Below, piece after piece: positions 27,801 through 33,697 of a DNA stretch of 33,697 nucleotides. The position numbers and the translations under genes were made by a program. Source of the DNA: a virus (taxonomy: Duplodnaviria; Caudoviricetes); the IMG/VR virus record IMGVR_UViG_3300017721_000089, positions 1-33,697 of that record; one strand, written 5' to 3'. Numbering within the stretch: position 1 is the first letter of the stretch; the number at the start of each line of letters is the position of its first letter. Below the pieces are notes generated by a model. It was not told the DNA's origin and did not search any database. It saw nothing but the letters and a program-made list of their open reading frames with translations.

Positions 27801-30474
27801 CTAACAGTGCATTTGCTTCAGTTGTTGCCAAACTTAAAAAATCTTTGTTTAAGGCAATAATATAATACGTTGTACCACTTGTTAGACCAGATAAGTTAGT
27901 TGTGCCTGATTCTGTATACTCAACAGAATCTCCTGTTATAAAACCGTGGTTTAAAATATAAAACGCATTAAACTGAGCAACAAAAGAATTTTGAGAGTCA
28001 ACTGTTTTTATTCTTGGTTGAATCTGAGAACCTGCATTAAAAGTAAATGATAATTGATCTGCGGCATTTGTTGCAATTTCATAGTTGCCGTCCGCTGCAC
28101 CAACAAAATCAGCTTGAAAAGAATGCGTTTCAGCAGGATTGGGTACAGCGGTGATGTCAAATATATTATACTTAGTAAATGTCGCCACGGTATTACTTGG
28201 AGCGTAAAAAAGTAAAACAATTTTATTTGTATCAGCTATGGCGTCCGCTCTTGTGTAATACAAATATGCGTAGTTTGTGCTGAACATACGAACAAAATAA
28301 ACCTGTCCAGAAACAAGAGGAGGCAAGTTATTTGGAGCCGTATATCGTACCGCGTCACCTGTCACAAACGTAGGGCTTTGACTATAAAAACGGATAGCAT
28401 CCTGCCAATATTGAACATAATTAGAGTTTCTTTGAAAAATAGTGAAGGCATCTGATGCGGGATTCTTGGTCTCTGAGATCATAAACCTGTCGCCCGTTTT
28501 GTTAGCAACGTAGTAAGTGCTACCGCTTGTCAAAGAATTACCAGACGGTGCTACCGCTGTAATTGGTGTCCCACCGCCATCTGAATAAACAATAGGGTCA
28601 CTATCACTTAGAGTGTTTGCAGGAATATTAATAGTATCTCTATTTGCATCTACGCTAACAGATTCCATCTCATAAATAAGATCGCTTGTTCCTGCACCTT
28701 GAAAAATCACAGCAGAACCGCTAGAGAAATTAAATGATACGCGATTGTCGTCTACTTTTACGACTGAATACGTGTCGCCTGAAGTTAGACCAGTAGGCAA
28801 AGTGCCTTGTGTAGCCCTAAGAATAATAAAATCGCCTGTTTCTAACCCATGATTTGGCATCCATAAACTACTTCTGCGGTTTTCTGGCTTGATACGACCA
28901 AAGAAATGTTCATCGTAATAATAAGTACTCGTGTTGATATAGCTTGACGTTGTTAAATCATAATAAGCGCGAACGTAAGTTGAACTAGTATAGTACTGTA
29001 ATCCATAGTCATAAGTGCCCCCACTATAGTTACCAAGGTACATACTTGAAACTTCAGTTGTTCGACTACCACTACTTAAATATTCATTTCCTAAAAATGA
29101 AAAACATCTTTGACGTGTATTTCCGAATAACGATGACCAATTATCGTAGAATCTAAACGCTCTGTAATTTCCGTAGTAACTATAGGCTTGACGCGCCAAC
29201 ATGAACGCAGACTTTGTTACGCCGCCACTTTGACCATTTACAAGATTTGTGACTCTATAACTTGTAGAATTATTTCTTAAGTACCTTAATTCTATTGTTG
29301 TAGCGTTTACATAGTACACATAGTAAACTTTAAACGGGACAAAGTTATATAAACCAGACGTTCCAGTTATAATAGATGGATTGCTTTGTGTATCTGCAAC
29401 ATAAACAACGGGGTCATAATTAGTAAAGCCATGAGGTTCTGAGAAGGCAATTCGATAACCAAAACTAATAGTTGTTGAGCCTTCCTCAAAGAATACAGCG
29501 TCTTCGGGAACCCAACCAAAAGGACTAACGCCACCTATTAGGAAGTCATCTGTTTCCCCTGTTGCTGTGGCAGAAGTATAGCTTTGAGTACTACTGCTAA
29601 CTGAATTAACGTTTGCATTGTCCGTGCTAAAGAGAAGTGTTGAACGAGCAAATGTATTTGCCAGTGCCATAGATGTTCCCGCTTCAAAATCTGTAGGGTA
29701 CACAGTTGATACGGTCAAAGCACTATTAGGGGTGGCTGAATCTGTAGTAATACCTCCAACGTTTGTAAGTTTAAATTCTGAACCAGAATAAATTGACCCT
29801 GGAAATAACTGAGTAAACGTATCTTTAATACTTCTAGTAAAGGTAAACGTATTTTTACCTTTATATATAAAGGTATTGCTATCAATTACACCGCCAACAA
29901 CAAAACCACCATCTGCTGAAACATCTCCAGATCCTTGAACAATAATTGGAGAACCACGCTGTAAACCGTGCGTTTCAACCGTTGTAAGCGTTACAACATC
30001 ACTATTCGCTGTAACGTCCATGCTTGAGATTTCTAAATTGAAATCGCCGCTTCGAGAAAAAAACGTTGGAATGTTTGCAGTAAGTTCTAATGTTTCCCAT
30101 TTAGTGGACTGTAAACCGTATTCAAAGTCAGTATCAATTAAATTTTCTGGGTTAGAAACTCGAATTTTAGATACTGGATCGACAAATCTGTCGTTTACAG
30201 TTATATCAGTAGTTCCATCATCAACAAATATTTGAAGCTCATCTGTATCAGACATTGATGCTGTATCAAATGCCAAGGTAATTGTTGTTTTTGTATTTGG
30301 ATAATCAAAAGAAATATTTGAAATACCAAAAGAACTGTCGTTAAACTGATAGACAATAAGATTTCTAGTAATGTTAGTAATTAACTGCCAACGTTTTTCA
30401 GCGTAAATATCATTAACTGTAATTGTGCCTGTTGAAGCATCAAACTCATAATTAAATATTAACTTCTTAGCCAT
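24853..30474 (-). CDS. Giant multi-domain tail fibre/spike-like virion protein
   Basis: 1873 aa, beta-rich. About 8 repeats of HG(L/F)xTGDxVxY...GLxxGxTYY, a cupredoxin-like segment (SGHP...YCQVHVGMG), and RQTRKYFRYQSGKG preceding a large C-terminal domain. Confidence 0.8.
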   Translation of the reverse strand: MAKKLIFNYEFDASTGTITVNDIYAEKRWQLITNITRNLIVYQFNDSSFGISNISFDYPNTKTTITLAFDTASMSDTDELQIFVDDGTTDITVNDRFVDPVSKIRVSNPENLIDTDFEYGLQSTKWETLELTANIPTFFSRSGDFNLEISSMDVTANSDVVTLTTVETHGLQRGSPIIVQGSGDVSADGGFVVGGVIDSNTFIYKGKNTFTFTRSIKDTFTQLFPGSIYSGSEFKLTNVGGITTDSATPNSALTVSTVYPTDFEAGTSMALANTFARSTLLFSTDNANVNSVSSSTQSYTSATATGETDDFLIGGVSPFGWVPEDAVFFEEGSTTISFGYRIAFSEPHGFTNYDPVVYVADTQSNPSIITGTSGLYNFVPFKVYYVYYVNATTIELRYLRNNSTSYRVTNLVNGQSGGVTKSAFMLARQAYSYYGNYRAFRFYDNWSSLFGNTRQRCFSFLGNEYLSSGSRTTEVSSMYLGNYSGGTYDYGLQYYTSSTYVRAYYDLTTSSYINTSTYYYDEHFFGRIKPENRRSSLWMPNHGLETGDFIILRATQGTLPTGLTSGDTYSVVKVDDNRVSFNFSSGSAVIFQGAGTSDLIYEMESVSVDANRDTINIPANTLSDSDPIVYSDGGGTPITAVAPSGNSLTSGSTYYVANKTGDRFMISETKNPASDAFTIFQRNSNYVQYWQDAIRFYSQSPTFVTGDAVRYTAPNNLPPLVSGQVYFVRMFSTNYAYLYYTRADAIADTNKIVLLFYAPSNTVATFTKYNIFDITAVPNPAETHSFQADFVGAADGNYEIATNAADQLSFTFNAGSQIQPRIKTVDSQNSFVAQFNAFYILNHGFITGDSVEYTESGTTNLSGLTSGTTYYIIALNKDFLSLATTEANALLGTAIALSEIGSSATPLTGTFSFQPTTIIGTFSGAGTVAYDASSTTLTGEGTSFTSFINKGDEIVLNVPETTATTAITSYSVADYFVANGHGLATGDLIRFTAVTSLPPGLDENELYYARLRDVNTFYVHYTQTDAAAGTNVIQITGSGTSASVNHMSDTGGLTERIINYVNSDGQITVETALPATAQTEVNYLQRTSLLLRPDGFALHRPYDGGVELIPPTNPDSAMIRQTRKYFRYQSGKGIQVSYAVNFSPTSQIDTFSRSGSTGTIKTRFAHRLSAGLAITISGSTNSSDTLGTEVLTIRVLDDGTGYQNVYSINNEIVTSLTLYEGRTYRFDQSDSSNSGHPIRLSTTEDGTHGGGTEYTTGVTTGGTPGTDGYTEITVAASAPDLYTYCQVHVGMGFAAPTPTDPDSNTANLWNGVFNIDTIVDEVTFTVTLRGTPSDAQASGVVEYYVNSWSNSALRCGLFDDQNGLFFEYDGQELYCCRRSSVRQISGYATVQFRSGQVSGADTKFTTQLRKGDKIVIKGQSHVITRIESDTVLYIAPSYRGVDATKVVITKTEDTRVPQREWNEDVCDGTGYTGFKLDLNKIQMAYMDYSWYGAGKVRFGFKDQHGNVRYVHSFIHGNFFTEAYMRSGNVPARYTIENIGTPTYVPALAHWGTSVIMDGRFDSDKAYIFNASSNNLALTGAASDTVSAKVDYTSTYYYRINSKNYAPIGYALSLDAPDAVLASFAAGTSISGADIPVGTKLANPTSTSVSPYQPYLPSIYSAETHPLYNYFTDIRTRDLLVIDSVPTGVSGTSSTYTIGAGGEALNVTKELPLISVRLAPSVDTSAPGFLGEREIINRMQLILNQVSVLSTHACTVRLILNGQLSSNAWLRVTNPSLSQLILHENSDTITGGLSVYNFEASGGTGTSARTPELTTENLGEIATLGNSILGGDNVFPDGPDVLTVVVVLNEDPSTVSASNPFTTSGRISWSESQA

Positions 30475-30483
30475 CTTTGTCTC

Positions 30484-30825
30484 CTAGCCCAGAGCTACTG
30501 CATAAGCAATTGCGTCATCATTTGTTGCTGCTTTTTTTGCGGGCATAGTAACAAAAACATCTTTACTTCCTGCTATAAAATTAACTAGACTTCCCGAACT
30601 AGTACTAGAAAGTACAGTTGTTCTTTCCAGTGTATTGGCAGCAGAGTATGTTCCTTGTCCAACCTCAAACTCACCAGTAGCCGCAATTATGCAATAAAAA
30701 GTTTGATCGCCTATTGAAAAAACACTGTCAAAGGTCTGATATCCAGTAGGTGAACCCGCCAGAGTAAAGTCTCCAGATCCATTAGACGTGCTTGTTTCTT
30801 TTACACGATCAAAGACTTTTGCCAT
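30484..30825 (-). CDS. Tail fibre N-terminal anchor-domain protein
   Basis: 113 aa. DRVKETSTSNGSGDFTLAG...FEVGQGTY...VNFIAGSKDVFVTMPA is a common fibre N-terminal module. Ends DAIAYAVALG. Confidence 0.75.
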   Translation of the reverse strand: MAKVFDRVKETSTSNGSGDFTLAGSPTGYQTFDSVFSIGDQTFYCIIAATGEFEVGQGTYSAANTLERTTVLSSTSSGSLVNFIAGSKDVFVTMPAKKAATNDDAIAYAVALG

Positions 30826-31322
30826 TATGCAATCCTGATTAAAGCGTTTGTAGCATCCGATGTTGGAAATACAATTTGAAAATCTCCAGAAGTAGAACCT
30901 TTATCTGTTCCAAAATCCAAGACAACTACAGAAGCATCTTCTGCAATGACCCCAGGTGTAGATGTGGTATCATCGTTATATATTAAAGCTCCTCGAGCAG
31001 TAATTGTTGAACTAAAAAAAGTGTGATCTATAAAATCTGTAAACCCAGTGGTTCCTCCTGACGAGGGATCTATACGACCTAAAGCGCCTCCTCCTTGGGT
31101 ATAAGTCCCGCTATCTGGAACTTCATTTGCAGCAGAAGAAGAGTAGTTAGTGATTGTCTCGTCCATGTCTGTAGACGAGCCACCAAGGTTGTCGTTTCCT
31201 GCTTGAGTATTGGTAAATAAAGCAAGTTTAAATGCGTTACCACCAGAATTTAAAAAGTTGTGTGCGCCTTGTAAAAGTTCTTTCTTGAACGAAGTGCACA
31301 TAAAGTTCCCATTAAATGCCAT
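30825..31322 (-). CDS. Conserved phage structural protein
   Basis: 165 aa. MCTSFKKELLQGAHNF...FKLALFT...TARGALIYN...VLDFGTDK...ALIRIA. Confidence 0.75.
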   Translation of the reverse strand: MAFNGNFMCTSFKKELLQGAHNFLNSGGNAFKLALFTNTQAGNDNLGGSSTDMDETITNYSSSAANEVPDSGTYTQGGGALGRIDPSSGGTTGFTDFIDHTFFSSTITARGALIYNDDTTSTPGVIAEDASVVVLDFGTDKGSTSGDFQIVFPTSDATNALIRIA

Positions 31323-31323
31323 T

Positions 31324-31620
31324 TTATAATCTCCTTATGAGTTCAGCTAGTTCGGGATGCCCAGCTTCTTTGATTGCATTATACACAGTTGTACGGTCAC
31401 TGCGAATAGCTTCTTTCATATAATAAGCAATTACAGCCTGCATATTGTTTTTATACGCCATTGCTTGATCACGAATGGCAGGGGGCGCTGTGTCAGACAC
31501 AGACATAATTTTATCAACACAAGTTTCAGCAACTTCTTCAGGTGTAAATCCTCTATTGTTGGCTATTTTTACACCAACAATCGGCTGATCTTTTGGAATA
31601 TTAATCTTAGATTCAAACAT
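31324..31620 (-). CDS. Conserved phage hypothetical protein
   Basis: 98 aa, helical, coupled to both neighbours. Confidence 0.75.
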   Translation of the reverse strand: MFESKINIPKDQPIVGVKIANNRGFTPEEVAETCVDKIMSVSDTAPPAIRDQAMAYKNNMQAVIAYYMKEAIRSDRTTVYNAIKEAGHPELAELIRRL

Positions 31621-32276
31621 TACATTTCCATGCGGGGTTGATCATTTCTATAATCATCTCTTTTTAGCCTTCCTTCGCCAAGAACCATTAATTTTTTTAA
31701 CGCAGAGTCAAACTTTTGTTGATATTGCTGCATCACATCTGGCTCGCCTTTCATAAATATATAAGCTTGAACGAGACTTCCGTATAAAAGAGTTTCTTCA
31801 GCATTATCTCCAAGCCAAGATGTATTAGAATCTACGATTGAGGGTGGATCAAAATAATAGTGCAATTGAACTTCATAAGCAGAATTTGGCGTTGGCCCTA
31901 ATAAAAAATGACCAGAAGAGTTATCTGATTCTATATCCCCATCAAACTCAGCATAGTACTTTGGAAGTTCCGATGTAGAGCGATTAGGGTATGCTTCTCT
32001 TATAAAATTTACGTCTTTTGGCAAAAGATATTTATAGTCTCCATTTGTATCTATTACAGCAAAAGAAAAAGGAGCTAAAAAATCAGATGGCCTTGATATA
32101 AATCTATTATTTGCATCACAAGTTGTTGTGGCATTTTTCCGTAGCTCAGGTACAAGAACTGTTCTATTTATAGATTCTTCTGTCTGTCTAACAAAAACAG
32201 GAATATTGTTAACGAAAGTTGTTTCGTAATTATCAGTATAATCTTTAATCGCCTGCGTTAACTCTGAATAGTTCAT
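31620..32276 (-). CDS. Head-tail adaptor / tail tubular protein A-like
   Basis: 218 aa. MNYSELTQAIKDY...FVRQTEESI...LGPTPNSAYEVQLHYY...LLYGSLVQAYIFMKGE shows the helix-beta-helix adaptor layout. Confidence 0.7.
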   Translation of the reverse strand: MNYSELTQAIKDYTDNYETTFVNNIPVFVRQTEESINRTVLVPELRKNATTTCDANNRFISRPSDFLAPFSFAVIDTNGDYKYLLPKDVNFIREAYPNRSTSELPKYYAEFDGDIESDNSSGHFLLGPTPNSAYEVQLHYYFDPPSIVDSNTSWLGDNAEETLLYGSLVQAYIFMKGEPDVMQQYQQKFDSALKKLMVLGEGRLKRDDYRNDQPRMEM

Positions 32277-32283
32277 TTGAACT
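32270..32283. promoter_or_regulatory. Palindrome AGTTC-N4-GAACT, copy 3 (AGTTCATTTGAACT)
   Basis: Spans the 6-nt intergenic gap and the ATG (32274-32276) of the adaptor gene. Confidence 0.6.
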
Positions 32284-32561
32284 TATCCCATTTTATAATT
32301 GCCACCTTTAGTAGCAGCACCCATTCCACGACACTTACCGCCCATACGCATCTTCTTCATTTTACCGCCATAAGCCTTAAAGCCCATATTGTTTCTTACT
32401 TCCGTTGGTAATTTTTTCATCCCAGGATTGTTAGTTGGGATACTTTTGAGGCCACCGCCACCTTTCATTGCAACAGGCTTCTTTTTCATCATACCACCGC
32501 CCATCTTCTTTTTAGGTGGTCTACCAACCTTGCTACCATATGTTCCAATTCCTTGAGGCAT
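32283..32561 (-). CDS. Small Lys/Gly/Met-rich basic protein
   Basis: 92 aa with RBS AGGAGA. Multiple xxGG motifs and C-terminal RGMGAATKGG. Confidence 0.8.
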   Translation of the reverse strand: MPQGIGTYGSKVGRPPKKKMGGGMMKKKPVAMKGGGGLKSIPTNNPGMKKLPTEVRNNMGFKAYGGKMKKMRMGGKCRGMGAATKGGNYKMG

Positions 32562-32570
32562 TTTAATCTC

Positions 32571-32885
32571 CTATGTTGTGTTAACAGTTACTTTTCCCAC
32601 AGAACCTATCATGTATTGAGCAGAATTTCCAATAGGATTCCATCCAAATAAAGATCTACTTTCTTTTTGAGAGTTATCAGGTCTAGGGTTACGCAATGAT
32701 TGTGGATCAGATATTTTTAATCTACCAAGAAAATTTTGAGGTTGATCAGGATCAGAAACATCTTTACCAACCAAAAATCCAGTCTTAATACCGTTGTTGT
32801 ATTCATAGGTAAGGTCTTTCAACGGATATCGAAACCCTGTCTTGTCACAGAAACCAAATGCATATTTACTTTTTGCGTAGCTCAT
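32571..32885 (-). CDS. Conserved phage hypothetical protein
   Basis: 104 aa. AFGFCDKTGFRYPL...DPDQPQNFLG...DPQSLRNPRPD. Confidence 0.75.
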   Translation of the reverse strand: MSYAKSKYAFGFCDKTGFRYPLKDLTYEYNNGIKTGFLVGKDVSDPDQPQNFLGRLKISDPQSLRNPRPDNSQKESRSLFGWNPIGNSAQYMIGSVGKVTVNTT

Positions 32886-33568
32886 TAACCACCCGCCATA
32901 AAGGTATCAAAAGGAACAAACTTAATTGATGCTGTTTCCTCATCTTCGCCAGATGCTAGTTGAAATTGAAACTCATATTCTTGTTTTAAAGCAGGCGCTC
33001 TTGCTGCTACATCAGGCTTTTTCATAGCTATATAATATGCCAAACCAGATACTAATGCAGGAACAAAGCGTGGTGGAACAGAAGAAACATTCCCACCAAT
33101 GCCAGAAGATAAACCATCAATGCCCTTTAATCTGTAATACGACAACGTGTATGTGGTTGTTGCATTTGGAACGGGCCATAAAGTTACTTTGACTTCCGTT
33201 GGGAGCCTTTGGACGTAGATTTGGGTCGGCCTACCTTGCGTGTTTTTGTTTGTTTGCTGCGCGTAGGTTGCGACACTGACCCTTTCGAGCGAAGTGTCTG
33301 TTTGATTTGTACCTGTACCTGTTCGGATTTGGTGTTCGAGGATGTCAATCGTGTCCGAAGGTAGCGTATAAGTCGCAGTACCTGCCGTAATGGATAGAGT
33401 ATTAGATTCAATAGTGAAGAGATTAAGCCCACGGTTTTGCCACTCCAATGTTAAAATGTTAAGGCTCCTACGAGCCGTTTTGAGATCATAGCCTGAACGC
33501 ATTTCAAGACCTGCCCGTTCATAAGCTTCTTCAAATAATTCTGGTAGGTCTGGTGTTACTACTGCCAT
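32885..33568 (-). CDS. Head-tail adaptor-like protein (second paralogue)
   Basis: 227 aa. EEAYERAG...ARRSLNILTLEWQNRGLN...GRPTQIY...LWPVPN...YTLSYY...LVSGLAYYIAMK. Confidence 0.7.
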   Translation of the reverse strand: MAVVTPDLPELFEEAYERAGLEMRSGYDLKTARRSLNILTLEWQNRGLNLFTIESNTLSITAGTATYTLPSDTIDILEHQIRTGTGTNQTDTSLERVSVATYAQQTNKNTQGRPTQIYVQRLPTEVKVTLWPVPNATTTYTLSYYRLKGIDGLSSGIGGNVSSVPPRFVPALVSGLAYYIAMKKPDVAARAPALKQEYEFQFQLASGEDEETASIKFVPFDTFMAGG

Positions 33569-33577
33569 GATAAGTTC

Positions 33578-33697
33578 CTATGTAACTACACTTCTGTGTC
33601 GTTTCGTTTTCTTTGCAATTTTTTTAGGTTGAGCCACATGCTGCTTGCCTGAAGCCTTGCCTGCTCGCTTTGCTCTTGATGTGGCTGCATACTCAGC
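33578..33697 (-). CDS. 5'-truncated small basic phage protein
   Basis: Open frame from the window end to TAG at 33578-33580: AEYAATSRAKRAGKASGKQHVAQPKKIAKKTKRHRSVVT. Not in the ORF track. Confidence 0.75.
   Translation of the reverse strand, partial: AEYAATSRAKRAGKASGKQHVAQPKKIAKKTKRHRSVVT

Larger units (their letters stand above)
1..33697. mobile_element. Segment of a tailed bacteriophage genome (virion morphogenesis, lysis and ejection-protein region)
   Basis: Dense co-oriented genes with overlapping start/stop codons. Contains a GH19 endolysin, holin-like genes, tail fibre and chaperone motifs and adaptor-like genes. No cellular housekeeping genes. Confidence 0.95.

Noticed and set aside
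769-31641. Numerous + strand ORFs of 60-180 aa (e.g. 3152..3577, 4760..5245, 7399..7938, 23433..23852)
   Set aside because: All are antisense to long, coupled - strand genes. Most start with TTG/GTG and have the Ser/Pro/Ala-rich composition of shadow ORFs.
33573-33587. AGTTCCTATGTAACT upstream of the 227-aa gene as a fourth palindrome copy
   Set aside because: The spacing is one base longer and the right arm is mismatched, so it is suggestive only.
1-33697. tRNA, rRNA, CRISPR array or alternative genetic code
   Set aside because: Intergenic gaps are too short and no repeat-spacer pattern is seen. The standard code gives near-complete gene tiling with TAA, TAG and TGA all used as stops.

Overview
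This window is a 33.7-kb segment of a tailed dsDNA bacteriophage genome. It looks podovirus-like and marine-type; an alphaproteobacterial host is inferred from gene families only. Bases 1-421 hold the end of a + strand gene block, which meets a long, tightly coupled - strand virion operon at an intrinsic terminator near 472-500. In transcription order (right to left) the operon encodes small basic proteins, two paralogous head-tail adaptor-like proteins, tail structural proteins, a 1873-aa multi-domain fibre with a cupredoxin-like insert, three tandem 'short fibre + separate tip protein' pairs with a fibre chaperone, a nozzle-like tail protein, a four-gene lysis block (two holin-like genes, a membrane-anchored coiled coil, a GH19 endolysin), a GNAT-like protein and putative ejection proteins ending in a 2137-aa polyvalent-type protein (HExxH, PLxRFG-like). 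I saw no rRNA, tRNA, CRISPR array, integrase or transposase. The most notable signals are: a 71-aa gene with its own Shine-Dalgarno overprinted inside the giant gene; a palindrome AGTTC-W4-GAACT at three gene starts; a shared tandem di-glycine motif in unrelated internal proteins; a GNAT gene directly upstream of an MGGKGS-starting protein; and a candidate small RNA with anti-SD motifs at the convergence point. All functional calls come from motif recognition by eye, with no database search.
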